Shown piece after piece: positions 9,997-21,147 of a stretch of 64,000 nt of DNA (the first letter of the stretch is position 1; every line of letters begins with the position of its first letter). Location: positions 177,165-241,164 of the forward strand of contig JAUSIS010000013.1 in assembly GCA_030647355.1 (NCBI GenBank), written 5' to 3'. Source of the stretch: a bacterium (GTDB lineage: Bacteria; Patescibacteriota; UBA1384; VFKW01). Made by a program: the position numbers and the translations under genes. Below the pieces are notes generated by a model. The model was not told the origin of the DNA, searched no databases, and saw nothing but the letters and a program-made list of their open reading frames with translations.

Positions 9997-11724
9997 GTGA
10001 TTTACACCCTAACGAACAAGAATCCTGGTTTCCCCATCAGTGCCGCAATTATTGCTCAGATTGATGAGGAAAAAAGAGTCCGCCACACCCGCGAGATGAT
10101 TCTACTTTTCGGACTCGGCTCCCAGTTTGATCATCTTATCAAGCAGGAAATAGAAAAGCTGGGCGTCTTCTGTATGGTTGCCGACCCGGCCACTATCTCC
10201 TCTGATGATGTCAAGCAGGTAGCTCCCATCGGAATCATTTTGTCCGGCGGTCCCTCATCTGTTGTTGATGAACCGCCACCACTCGACAAGACCATTCTTG
10301 GACTGGGCATTCCTACCTTAGGCATCTGCCTGGGGCTGCAAGGAATTGCCCAGTATGTCGGCGCCGAAGTCACCTCCGCCTCGCAATCCCCCAGCGGTTA
10401 TCGCGAATTCGGCACCCACATCGCCACTATCACCGAAGACAGCTCATCGGTTAACGCCTTATTCCGTGGTTTGCCGCGGATGATGGATGTACTGGAGAGC
10501 CACGGCGACTGTGTTCAGCCGTCGCCTAAACTGACTATCTTGGCCACAACCGAGAATGCGCCGGTTGCCGCCGCTCGGGGCGCCGCTAAGGAGCATCAGC
10601 ACCTTTACGGTGTCCAGTTCCATCCCGAGGTGGAAGAGACCCAGTTCGGCAGCCGAATTCTGGCGAATTTCTGCTTTGGAGTTTGTGGCGCCAAGGAGAG
10701 TTTCCGGGCTCAGGATGAAGCGGAAATAAAAACCGAGTGGCTACGCCAAGAAATTGGCGATAAGCTTGTCGTTATTGGCCTGTCTGCCGGTTCTGATTCC
10801 TCAACCTGCGCCCATCTTGTCAAGAAAGCCTTGAATGACCAACCCGGACGCGTTCTCGGCGTCTACATTAAAGCTACCGATAGACCCGAAGATGAGGAAT
10901 TCGTCCGCCGGCACTTTGGCAATCAGGACTGGATTGAACTGAAGGTGGTGGATGCTACCTCTCAATTCCTGAAAGCTCTCCGTAACCAGCCGTGGTGGTG
11001 GCCATCTAAGTGGTGTCCGCTCCAGCGCCGCATTACCATGAAGCAGAAGCGCCGAGCGATGAAGCGCGTCTACCATCAAGTCCTTGAGGATGAGATCACT
11101 ATCTTCGCTGCCGCCAAGAACCGCCCACGTGACGAGGTTGTCATTATACAGGGAACCCTGTACACCGACCTTTGCGAAAGCGGCCATGGCTATAACACCG
11201 GTGCCCGTCGAGCCACCATCAAAGAGCACCACAATGTCGGCATTCCCTTCTCTGTTAAGGAGCTCTGTCCTCTGGATGACTGCGTCAAGGACAACGGCCG
11301 TAACATTGGTCGCGCCATCGGCGTGCCAGAGGAACTTTTAACGCGTCATCCCTTCCCCGGACCGGGATTAATAGTCCGGATTGAAGGCGAAGTGACCGCC
11401 GATAAGCTCCGTATTGCCCGCGCCGCCGATAAGATCTGGATAGACGAACTGCGCGATAAGGGCTTTTACCACAAGGTCTGGCAAGCCGGCGTCTTTGTAA
11501 CCCAGTCAGGTACAACCTGCACTAAGGGTGATGACGCCACTTCCGGTCTTGTTATTATCTTTTGGGCGGTGAATAGTACCAACGGCTTTACTGCCCGCGC
11601 TGCTGACCTTCCAATGTCTTTCCTTAGAAGGGTTAGTCAGCGCATGACTAACGAAATCCGTGAGGTGGGAGCGGCCGCATATCGAACTTCCGACAAACCG
11701 CCAACCACCATTGAATTCGGTTAA
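9997..11724 (+). CDS. guaA: GMP synthase (glutamine-hydrolysing), divergent
   Basis: GSQF, GIILSGGPSSV, GICLG, SHGD, GVQFHPEV, QGTLYTD, IKEHHNVG, RHPFPGPGL, KPPTTIE; GGAGG RBS. Confidence 0.95.
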   Translation: MIYTLTNKNPGFPISAAIIAQIDEEKRVRHTREMILLFGLGSQFDHLIKQEIEKLGVFCMVADPATISSDDVKQVAPIGIILSGGPSSVVDEPPPLDKTILGLGIPTLGICLGLQGIAQYVGAEVTSASQSPSGYREFGTHIATITEDSSSVNALFRGLPRMMDVLESHGDCVQPSPKLTILATTENAPVAAARGAAKEHQHLYGVQFHPEVEETQFGSRILANFCFGVCGAKESFRAQDEAEIKTEWLRQEIGDKLVVIGLSAGSDSSTCAHLVKKALNDQPGRVLGVYIKATDRPEDEEFVRRHFGNQDWIELKVVDATSQFLKALRNQPWWWPSKWCPLQRRITMKQKRRAMKRVYHQVLEDEITIFAAAKNRPRDEVVIIQGTLYTDLCESGHGYNTGARRATIKEHHNVGIPFSVKELCPLDDCVKDNGRNIGRAIGVPEELLTRHPFPGPGLIVRIEGEVTADKLRIARAADKIWIDELRDKGFYHKVWQAGVFVTQSGTTCTKGDDATSGLVIIFWAVNSTNGFTARAADLPMSFLRRVSQRMTNEIREVGAAAYRTSDKPPTTIEFG

Positions 11725-11750
11725 CGACTACTAGACCTTTACCAACCAAC

Positions 11751-11776
11751 GGGGTGCATACGCACCCCTCTTTTTA
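11751..11776 (+). terminator. Intrinsic terminator after guaA
   Basis: GGGGTGC ATAC GCACCCC then TCTTTTTT. Confidence 0.85.
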
Positions 11777-11785
11777 TTACTCGCT

Positions 11786-12706
11786 TTATCTTACCAACAT
11801 CTCCAATATCGCCATCCTCAAATAAAGCCCGTTTTTTGCCTGGCGAAAATACGCCGCTCTCTTGTCATGATCCACTTCGGGAGCAATTTCCGTTATACGC
11901 GGTAATGGATGCATAATAATCGCCTGTTTATTCAGCTTACGCAAGAGCGCTTTGTCTACCTGATAAACATCTTTCACCTGATTGTAGTCATTTTCCGAGG
12001 CAAACCGCTCTTTCTGTACTCGCGTCATATACAAAACATCAATCTTGCCTAAGATTTCTCCAAAATCCTGCAGTTCCCTGAACTTCACCCCTCTTGCCTG
12101 CATTTCTGCCCTTATCTTCTGGGGAACGGCCAGCCTCGGTGGAGAAATTAAAAAAAATTGACAACTTTTGTAAAGCATCGCCAAATTAAGTAGAGAATGG
12201 ACCGTCCTCCCGTATAGTAAATCGCCTACTAAAGCAATTCTGAGCCCCTCGATTTTCCCCAATTCCTTGCGCATAGTATAAAAATCCAGCAATGCTTGCG
12301 TCGGATGCTCACCCGCACCGTCTCCGGCATTGATAATTGGGACCTCGGAAACCCTTGCCGCCCTCCTGGCTGCTCCTTGAATGTAATGGCGCATAACAAT
12401 CGCATCGGCATACCCGTTAACAACCCTGATAGTATCCTCCAATGTCTCGCCTTTAGATGAAGAACCAAATTGGCCGGCATTCTCACTCGAGATTACCTTG
12501 GCGCCCAATTTTAATGCTGCCGTCTCAAAGGAGAACCGAGTACGGGTACTAGGTTCAAAAAAAAGACAGGCGATGACCTTGTCTTGTAACGGTTTGGGCA
12601 ATGTGCCGGCTTGATCCCATCTTTCCCATTCATCCGTTCTCTGGAATATTTCTTCCAACATCCGGCTATCCTTAAATTGGCCGGAACTCACTAGATGTTT
12701 AATCAT
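11786..12706 (-). CDS. pyrB: Aspartate carbamoyltransferase catalytic subunit
   Basis: FFEPSTRTRFSF, KGETLEDT, NAGDG, HPTQALLD, GDLLYGRTVHS, TRVQKER, MHPLPR. Confidence 0.98.
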   Translation of the reverse strand: MIKHLVSSGQFKDSRMLEEIFQRTDEWERWDQAGTLPKPLQDKVIACLFFEPSTRTRFSFETAALKLGAKVISSENAGQFGSSSKGETLEDTIRVVNGYADAIVMRHYIQGAARRAARVSEVPIINAGDGAGEHPTQALLDFYTMRKELGKIEGLRIALVGDLLYGRTVHSLLNLAMLYKSCQFFLISPPRLAVPQKIRAEMQARGVKFRELQDFGEILGKIDVLYMTRVQKERFASENDYNQVKDVYQVDKALLRKLNKQAIIMHPLPRITEIAPEVDHDKRAAYFRQAKNGLYLRMAILEMLVR

Positions 12707-12758
12707 ACTCCTCCTTAATGAAGATTATACATCGAGCCGTTTGCTTGTAAAGTACATG

Positions 12759-12786
12759 AAAAAAACCCGCCGGAAACCCGGCGGGC
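12759..12786 (-). terminator. Intrinsic terminator after purC
   Basis: Minus strand CCCGCCGG GTTT CCGGCGGG followed by T7. Confidence 0.85.
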
Positions 12787-12807
12787 ATGATAGTACATTG
12801 CTTAGGA

Positions 12808-13839
12808 TCAACTCCGACTGGGGATCTTCATATCCTCGGCCTGGTACTTCCTCAGTACCTTCCCGGTGATCATCGCTACGATTATGTCATACCGATCTTT
12901 CGTGTCGTAGATGACCTCATTCGGTACCTGCAGAGACTCCGCCACATAGGCCAGATGCTCCTCGTTTTCCGTGTCCAGGTTCTGCAGACCGACCCCCCAG
13001 GGCGTTCCGACCTCCCGTCCCCAGATTCTGACCGGCTCCTTGTCATAGAAGATCGGGTCGCGGCCCTCCTGAATTGCTGCCGCCAAACCCTCGTAAGTAG
13101 TGAACCGCGATGAATCCGGAGTGAGAACCTCATCTGCCACCTTGCCGTCGAAAGTGTTCTCAAACTTGGTGTCAAGAATGAGAATCCCGCGCTTAGCGGC
13201 ATACTCATAAGCTCTCTGGTAGATAGCCAGATCCATACTTGCCAAACGGCCGCCCTCAAACCCGGTGAGTTCAGCATACCGCTGAATCGTCACCGGCAAG
13301 TCATGGCCCTCTTCAGCTTTCGTCGTCGGCGTAAAGATCGGCCGGGGAAGCTTCTGCCACTTGGAAAGACCAGAAGGAAGGATATTGCCACAGGCAGTCC
13401 CGTCCTTCAGATAATCCTTCCAAACGGATCCGCCGATGTGCGCTCGGAAGATCATCTCGTACTTCCAGATCTTACATCTCTTCACCAGCAGGATGCGTTC
13501 CAACGGCAGCTCAGCGACATCCTTCATGTTCCAGCCGGCCGCTTTCCATCGCCCAACATTCCACCCCCAGGCAAGCAGGTGGTTCGGAATATCTTGGAAC
13601 ACCTGCGTCAGCCAGAAGTGAGTCAGCGCGATCAGCACTTCGCCCTTGCCCTGCACCAAACATGGCAGAACGAAATCGAAGATCGAAAGCCGGTCGGACC
13701 GCATCATCAGGAGCTGATCCGGCTTCCCGGGAATCTCGTACAGCTCTCCGACCTTACCGCGATACAGCAGGATGTAGCCAAGCTTAATCAGCTTGCGGCT
13801 AAACGAGCTCTCGGCTACCTTTTCCGGAATTCTGGACAT
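12808..13839 (-). CDS. purC: Phosphoribosylaminoimidazole-succinocarboxamide (SAICAR) synthase
   Basis: YRGKV, SDRLSIFD, KGEVL, FTPTTKAEEGHD, DTKFE, DEVLTPDSSRF, YDKE; start moved to ATG 13839 (AAGGA RBS). Confidence 0.95.
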   Translation of the reverse strand: MSRIPEKVAESSFSRKLIKLGYILLYRGKVGELYEIPGKPDQLLMMRSDRLSIFDFVLPCLVQGKGEVLIALTHFWLTQVFQDIPNHLLAWGWNVGRWKAAGWNMKDVAELPLERILLVKRCKIWKYEMIFRAHIGGSVWKDYLKDGTACGNILPSGLSKWQKLPRPIFTPTTKAEEGHDLPVTIQRYAELTGFEGGRLASMDLAIYQRAYEYAAKRGILILDTKFENTFDGKVADEVLTPDSSRFTTYEGLAAAIQEGRDPIFYDKEPVRIWGREVGTPWGVGLQNLDTENEEHLAYVAESLQVPNEVIYDTKDRYDIIVAMITGKVLRKYQAEDMKIPSRS

Positions 13840-14098
13840 CAGTCTTTTCCTTTCATTTCTATCGTTCAGATTTACCGCAAAACAACAAAGAGTCGCCATC
13901 AACTCCTTGTCATATCATTCACCAGCAGATTATCACATATCTTAAAATCTGACAATCCAATTATTATTAATATCTTCTTCACAATTAAAAGAATCCGATG
14001 AACTCTTTTTAGTATCAAATAATCAACCTCACTAATCTCTAGAAAACTTATCCAGCCCAAATTCACCTTAATTAAGGCAACAATTTTATTCTAATCCT

Positions 14099-14380
14099 TT
14101 ATCTATCAGGCAGCACCGCCTTTAGACCCAATTTAGTTTCAATATTTTTCACCCGCTCTTCCAAAATATAATAATCAGCTTTATGCACCATTTCCGTCAT
14201 TTTGAAATCATGCGCCACTTGGGACCTCTTAAGTAATTCAAATTGCCCATCGTGCTCTTCAAGCTTTTTATGGACACGTCCAAACTCCTTTGCCGTCATC
14301 ACTGCCAAATTACCGACCTCCCTTTCAACAACCTCTCCAACTACGCCCTTGATTTGTCTTAGATCATCCTTAGTCAACAT
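14099..14380 (-). CDS. Small coiled-coil hypothetical protein
   Basis: 93 aa, GGAGG RBS, MLTKDDLRQIK...LEERVKNIETKLG heptad pattern. Confidence 0.75.
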   Translation of the reverse strand: MLTKDDLRQIKGVVGEVVEREVGNLAVMTAKEFGRVHKKLEEHDGQFELLKRSQVAHDFKMTEMVHKADYYILEERVKNIETKLGLKAVLPDR

Positions 14381-14490
14381 TTTGCCTCCGTGTAGTTATT
14401 ATTAATCTCCAACTATCCGCTGTCAATACACATAAGCAGCCGACAATTGAGCTTGGACTCTAAAATTTTTTACTTTTTCATTTCCACTTT

Positions 14491-15624
14491 TTACTTTTGG
14501 AGATTTACCGCTTCCTCATAAACCCGCAAAGTCTCGCTCGCCATCTTTCGCCAAGAATATTTCTTCACTTGCTCTTTACCCAACTGAACCAATTCATCGC
14601 GCCTATTTTTATTATTAATTAACTTATCTAAAACCCGGGCTATGTTATGCGGATCCCTCGGGTCAAAATACTCCGCCGCATCCTGCAAAACCTCCGGCAT
14701 GCAGGAAGTATTCGATGTCGCTACCGGCACCCCCGCCGCCATCGCCTCTAAATGAGTCAAACAAAAACCTTCATACAAAGAAGCCAAAACATAAATCATT
14801 GCCCCGTCATAGATCGCCGGCAAATCTTCCTCCGGAATAAACCCCGTCATCACCACCCCGCCAACCTTTTTCCTGACCTCCTCGGCTTTGGCAATTATTT
14901 CCGGAAAATCAACATTCTGCTTACCACCGATAACTAAATTAATCTCATCTTCATATTGCTCTTTCAAAATCTCATAAGCCTCCAAAAGTGGAATAATGCC
15001 CTTATGCGGCCGCCATTGGCTGATAAACAACAAATATGGTTCTTGTATTTTATACTGACCCAAAATTTCTTTCCTTATTTTTTCATTTGTCTTTCCGTCA
15101 TACTCACTATCAACCGCTTCGTAAGTTACCACTACGTCGTCTGGCTTTGCCCCCAACATCCTCACCACATCCTCTTTTGAAGCCACCGACGGCACGATCA
15201 CTTTCCTTGCCGATCTTGCCGCATGTTTCATAATGTAATCATAAGCCAATTTCCTGATTGGATTTTTTTGCTTCCTGCCCACCGGATACAGACTCATGAT
15301 CAGATCATGTATAGTCACCACAAAAGGCGTCTTGGAAAAAATCGGATGATTAAAATTCGTATAATGAATCAAGTCTAGCTTTTCTCTTTCGATAATTTTC
15401 CCGAATTTCCTCTGCTCATCCAAAGAATAATGGATTATATCCGCCTTCACCGCCTTAAAATTCTCTGCCGGCTGCACCCATTCCTTCATGTCATCACCAG
15501 TTAAGAAAACTACATATTCATTTTTTTTGTCAATCACCGCCAGCTCGTTTATCAATCCGCGCGTATACCGCCCGATTCCCCCCGTTTCCTTTCTGTACAT
15601 TCTGGCATCAATCCCTATTCTCAT
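14491..15624 (-). CDS. Glycosyltransferase family 4 (GT-B)
   Basis: MRIGIDAR, GGIGRY, VVTIHDL, SLYEGFCLTHLEAMAAG. Confidence 0.95.
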   Translation of the reverse strand: MRIGIDARMYRKETGGIGRYTRGLINELAVIDKKNEYVVFLTGDDMKEWVQPAENFKAVKADIIHYSLDEQRKFGKIIEREKLDLIHYTNFNHPIFSKTPFVVTIHDLIMSLYPVGRKQKNPIRKLAYDYIMKHAARSARKVIVPSVASKEDVVRMLGAKPDDVVVTYEAVDSEYDGKTNEKIRKEILGQYKIQEPYLLFISQWRPHKGIIPLLEAYEILKEQYEDEINLVIGGKQNVDFPEIIAKAEEVRKKVGGVVMTGFIPEEDLPAIYDGAMIYVLASLYEGFCLTHLEAMAAGVPVATSNTSCMPEVLQDAAEYFDPRDPHNIARVLDKLINNKNRRDELVQLGKEQVKKYSWRKMASETLRVYEEAVNLQK

Positions 15625-15668
15625 ATCTCTCCTCCTTGTCTTTAGATTATTGGATTGGTTCGCACTTA

Positions 15669-15764
15669 CAGGTACAACCCTTGCCTATGAAGTGAGTCAA
15701 AGCGTAGTGCCGTCCGAGTTGCTTGCAACCAGGACAAAACGCTCACTGAATAGGTATATATCTG
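15669..15764 (+). repeat. Structured intergenic element, copy 1
   Basis: Shares AAGCGTAGTGCCGT..AGTTGC..GCAACC..GACAAAACGCTC core with 55645-55742; nested stems. Confidence 0.8.
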
Positions 15765-15854
15765 ACTAGCACTCAAACTTTATTAGCAAATCCGACAAAT
15801 TAGACTATAATCTAGCTGCCTTCATTCTAACACTAAATCAACCATCGAGGAATT

Positions 15855-16811
15855 ATGCCAAAAACAAGCCCTACTTTAGCCATCATCGTTCCATGCTTTA
15901 ACGAGCAGGCGATTTTAGATGACTCAATAACTAAACTGCTCCAAGAGTTAAAAAACCTCATTTCTCAAAAAAAAATAAATTCACACAGCTTTCTTTACCT
16001 TGTAAACGATGGCAGCCAGGACAAAACGCAAAAGATTATTGAAAAAACCCATGCTAAATACCCGTCCAAAGTAAGAGGATTAACTTTCTCTCGTAATTTT
16101 AGCCACCAAAATGCCATTCTAGCCGGTCTTTCCAAGTGTAGCCATAAAGCCGATATTTTTCTCACTATAGATGCCGACCTGCAAGATGATATTACTGTTA
16201 TCGGCAAATTCATTGACGCCTATCTGGAAAAAAATGAAATCGTCTATGGTGTCAGAAAAGACAGAAAAACCGACTCTTATTTTAAAAAAACCACCGCCCA
16301 AACATTTTACAAATTGATGCATCTGATGGGAGTGGAAATAATCTACAACCACGCCGACTATCGTCTAATAAGCCAAAGAGCCCTAGATGAATTGGAAAAA
16401 TTTCAGGAAGTTAATCTATTTCTTCGGGGTATATTCCCACTTCTCGGCTTCAAAAATAAGATCATCCATTACAACCGGCAAAACCGACAAAATGGCAAAT
16501 CAAAATACTCTCTATCGAAGATGCTCTCCCTTACTCTGGACGGAATAACTTCATTTAGTATCAAACCGCTCCGCTTAGTTACTTGGGTGGGATTTTTAAT
16601 TTTTCTTTTTTCACTCATCATGAGCATCTGGGTGATTATTGATAAACTATTCATTGGCCACACCGTGAGCGGCTGGGCATCTACTGTCCTGCCGATCTAT
16701 TTCATCGGCGGCATCCAAATTCTATCCATTGGTATAATCGGCGAATATCTGGGTAAAATATACCGGGAAGTCAAGCACCGCCCGCCATTTATTATCGAAA
16801 AAGAGTTATGA
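15855..16811 (+). CDS. GT2 polyprenol-phosphate glycosyltransferase (GtrB-like)
   Basis: IVPCFNE, NDGSQD, FSRNFSHQNA, DADLQD, two C-terminal TMs, GIIGEYLGKIY. Confidence 0.93.
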   Translation: MPKTSPTLAIIVPCFNEQAILDDSITKLLQELKNLISQKKINSHSFLYLVNDGSQDKTQKIIEKTHAKYPSKVRGLTFSRNFSHQNAILAGLSKCSHKADIFLTIDADLQDDITVIGKFIDAYLEKNEIVYGVRKDRKTDSYFKKTTAQTFYKLMHLMGVEIIYNHADYRLISQRALDELEKFQEVNLFLRGIFPLLGFKNKIIHYNRQNRQNGKSKYSLSKMLSLTLDGITSFSIKPLRLVTWVGFLIFLFSLIMSIWVIIDKLFIGHTVSGWASTVLPIYFIGGIQILSIGIIGEYLGKIYREVKHRPPFIIEKEL

Positions 16812-17218
16812 ACCATCAGAAGCTTAACAGTTCATTTACTCGATTCATTATTGTTGGTGTAATCAACAACGCCATAGACTTTGGCCTACTTAATTTACTC
16901 CATCTTGCATTTCAGTTAAATCTCTACTGGGCAATCAATATTAGCTTTTCCGCATCAACCATCAATAGCTATTTTCTCAATCGCCACTGGACATATCAAT
17001 ACAAATCAAACCAAAAAGACCACCTTAAAAAAATCAGCCAATTCTTCTTTGTTAGTATAGTTGGGTTACTCATGAACAACGGCATAATCTACTTCGTCAC
17101 TAACCAAACTAACCTAAACTACAATTATGGAAAAATTATCGCCACAGTACTTGTAGTTCTGTGGAATTATTCAATCAACAAATCCTGGACTTTCAAAAGT
17201 CCCCGCCAATCTATATAA
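16808..17218 (+). CDS. GtrA family lipid-linked sugar translocase
   Basis: RFIIVG, SYFLNRHWTY, WNYSINKSWTF, 4 TMs; ATGA overlap with GtrB-like gene. Confidence 0.92.
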   Translation: MNHQKLNSSFTRFIIVGVINNAIDFGLLNLLHLAFQLNLYWAINISFSASTINSYFLNRHWTYQYKSNQKDHLKKISQFFFVSIVGLLMNNGIIYFVTNQTNLNYNYGKIIATVLVVLWNYSINKSWTFKSPRQSI

Positions 17219-17237
17219 TCACTGGGTAGGAGTTTTC

Positions 17238-18560
<1,323 letters not shown>

Positions 18561-18663
18561 ACCTCCGTTGTTTTTTAGTAAAATCGCTGCGACTTTACTG
18601 AGCGGTTGACTTTCTCAAGATCGTCAAGTAAAATCCAAATAGAACATAAAAAATAAAATATAT

Positions 18664-18800
18664 GTCTTATCAAGAGTGACGCTAGGGAATTGGCCCAGTG
18701 ATCGTCCAGCAACCTTAAATCTAGTAGCTTATATGCTTACTGCTTACCAGCTTACTAACTTATTCGGTGCTAAATCCAAGCCCCAGAGGCAAGATAATAC
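18664..18800 (+). promoter_or_regulatory. SAM-I (S-box) riboswitch
   Basis: TTATCAAGAG...GGGAATTGGCCC...GCAACC...GGTGCTAAATCC...GATAA directly upstream of metK; followed by terminator hairpin. Confidence 0.9.
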
Positions 18801-18805
18801 ACTCA

Positions 18806-18825
18806 GCGCCTCACGGCGCCTTTTT
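18806..18825 (+). terminator. Riboswitch expression-platform terminator
   Basis: GCGCC TCAC GGCGC CTTTTT between aptamer and metK start. Confidence 0.7.
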
Positions 18826-18856
18826 AAAAATAACAAATTAAGTAAAGGAGCAAAAA

Positions 18857-20023
18857 ATGGAAAGAACACTTTTTACGTCTGAATCGGTTACAGAGGGACA
18901 CCCCGACAAAATGGCTGACCAAATTTCCGATGCGTTGCTTGATGCCCTTCTGGAAAAAGATGAAAAATCCAGGGTGGCAATCGAAACGCTTCTTACTAAT
19001 GGAGTCTGTATCATTGCCGGAGAAGTCACTACCAACGCCTATGTAGATATGGCAAAAATCGCCCGCAAAGTAATCAAGGAAATTGGTTACAATGGCTGCG
19101 GCTTCCATCATGAAACAAGCGGAGTCATGACAGCCATTAAAGAGCAATCTTCCGATATTGCCCAAGGTGTTGACAGCTATGTCAAAACTGAAAGCGGTAA
19201 GATCGTCAGAGAAGATCTCGAGCATCTGGGCGCCGGCGATCAAGGATTAATGTTCGGATACGCCTGCAATGAAACGCCCGAGCTGATGCCCCTGCCAATA
19301 ATTCTCGCTCAACGGCTATGTCAAAAATTAGCATCCGTACGTAAAAAAGGGACTATTACCGGCTTAAGACCAGACGGTAAATCGCAAGTTACCATCGAGT
19401 ACGTTGACGACAAACCAAGCAGAATCCACACTGTACTCATTGCCGCCCAGCACGACCCATATAAAGACATCAAAAAACTCCGCAAAGAAATAACCGATAA
19501 AGTCATTAATCCCGTGCTAAAATCTTATGGACATCGGATAGATTCAAAAACCAAGATTTATATCAACACAACCGGCAAATTTGTCATTGGCGGACCGGAA
19601 GGCGACACCGGCTTGACCGGCCGTAAAATCATCGTTGACACTTACGGCGGCTATGCTCGGCATGGCGGAGGCGCTTTCTCGGGCAAGGATCCGTCCAAAG
19701 TTGACCGCTCCGGCGCCTATGCCGCCAGATGGGTAGCCAAAAGCATCGTCGCTTCGGGATTAGCCGAAAAATGCGAGGTTCAATTGGCTTATGCTATAGG
19801 TAAACCGGAACCGCTTTCTATCTATGTTAATACTTTCCAAACTAGTAAAAAGACTGACGAAGAAATAATTAAAAAAATCTCTGACAACTTCGACTTAAGG
19901 CCTGGCATGATTATCAAAAACTTAGGACTAAGACGCCCGTTATACCGCCAGTGTGCCGCTTATGGCCACTTTGGTCGTCCGGAACTAAACCTCCCATGGG
20001 AAAAAGCTAAAAAAATTAGATAG
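18857..20023 (+). CDS. metK: S-adenosylmethionine synthetase
   Basis: [32 protein letters not shown]. Confidence 0.99.
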   Translation: MERTLFTSESVTEGHPDKMADQISDALLDALLEKDEKSRVAIETLLTNGVCIIAGEVTTNAYVDMAKIARKVIKEIGYNGCGFHHETSGVMTAIKEQSSDIAQGVDSYVKTESGKIVREDLEHLGAGDQGLMFGYACNETPELMPLPIILAQRLCQKLASVRKKGTITGLRPDGKSQVTIEYVDDKPSRIHTVLIAAQHDPYKDIKKLRKEITDKVINPVLKSYGHRIDSKTKIYINTTGKFVIGGPEGDTGLTGRKIIVDTYGGYARHGGGAFSGKDPSKVDRSGAYAARWVAKSIVASGLAEKCEVQLAYAIGKPEPLSIYVNTFQTSKKTDEEIIKKISDNFDLRPGMIIKNLGLRRPLYRQCAAYGHFGRPELNLPWEKAKKIR

Positions 20024-20044
20024 CTTAATTCTTACCGCTTATTG

Positions 20045-20130
20045 CTTACCAACTTACTCCCAGTCATTGCGAGGCCTCAGCCGTGGCAAACCCCCCATAT
20101 CCTTCGAGCCCGGTCGAGAAGCTCTTCTTA
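20045..20130 (+). repeat. ~86-bp direct repeat, copy 1
   Basis: Near-identical to 22048-22134; contains GTCATTGCGAG element and CTTCGAGCCCGGTCGAGAAG. Confidence 0.9.
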
Positions 20131-20164
20131 ATTCTTACTGCTTATTTCACTTGGAGAAAATACT

Positions 20165-21094
20165 ATGCCTATCACCGTACACCACCAACCACCAACCACC
20201 AACCACCAACTAGTTATCGTCGGCTCTATCGGGCTAGACGATATTGAAACACCATTTGGCAAGGTTAAATCAGCTTTGGGGGGTAGCGCCATCTATGCAT
20301 CGCAAGCCGCCTCCTATTTTACCAAACCAAGTGTTGTGAGTATCATGGGCAACGATATACCAGAAGAATACTTGAAAATCCTCAACCGGTTCGATATTTC
20401 CGGCATAGCCCTAACTGAAAAAACCTTTCGTTGGACCGGGTCATACGAATATGATATGAATGAAGCCAAAACCATTGATACAAAACTAAATGCCTTATCT
20501 GAATTTGAAGCCAATGTCCCTAAAAATTATCAAGAGGCAAAATATCTCCTTCTCGGTAACATCGACCCCGACCTGCAACTCAAAGTATTAAGCCAAATGA
20601 AAGACCATCCCTTCACCTTGCTTGATACAATGAATTTTTGGATAACTTCGAAGCGCGACAAACTCGAACAAATAATCAATAAAGTCAACTTTTTGGTGAT
20701 CAACGAGGGGGAAGCAAGACAATTCTGCCAAACACCCAACCTGATAAAAGCCGGAAAAATGTTGCTCAATCTAGGACCAAAATTTATAGTCATCAAAAAA
20801 GGGGAACATGGTGCCTTGTTATTCTCTAATAATGATTTCTTCTCTGCTCCCAGCTATCCCCTGGAAGAATTAAAAGATCCGACCGGTTGCGGCGACTCAT
20901 TTGCTGGCGGGCTAATCGGTTATCTTGCCAAAACCGACCAAATTAGCGAAAAAAACATCAGAAAAGCCATTATTTATGGTACAGCCGTCGCTTCGTTTTG
21001 CGCTGAAGATTTTGGCACCAAGAAAACTATTAAATTAACAATTAAAGATATCGAGGAGCGATATGACTTTCTCACCAAAATCAGACAATTTTAA
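20165..21094 (+). CDS. PfkB/ribokinase-family kinase, probably adenosine kinase
   Basis: GGSA, NEGEA, KKGEHG, DPTGCGDSFAGG; context between metK and ahcY. Confidence 0.9.
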   Translation: MPITVHHQPPTTNHQLVIVGSIGLDDIETPFGKVKSALGGSAIYASQAASYFTKPSVVSIMGNDIPEEYLKILNRFDISGIALTEKTFRWTGSYEYDMNEAKTIDTKLNALSEFEANVPKNYQEAKYLLLGNIDPDLQLKVLSQMKDHPFTLLDTMNFWITSKRDKLEQIINKVNFLVINEGEARQFCQTPNLIKAGKMLLNLGPKFIVIKKGEHGALLFSNNDFFSAPSYPLEELKDPTGCGDSFAGGLIGYLAKTDQISEKNIRKAIIYGTAVASFCAEDFGTKKTIKLTIKDIEERYDFLTKIRQF

Positions 21095-21147
21095 ATAAAA
21101 TCTCAAAATGTACTACCAAAAACCCCATAATATGATATAATTAAGAT

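Noticed and set aside
13840-13990. Purine/ZTP riboswitch upstream of purC
   Set aside because: No recognisable aptamer consensus; likewise none recognised before purF or guaA
13303-14001. 232-aa + strand ORF
   Set aside because: Antisense shadow of GC-rich purC; no motifs
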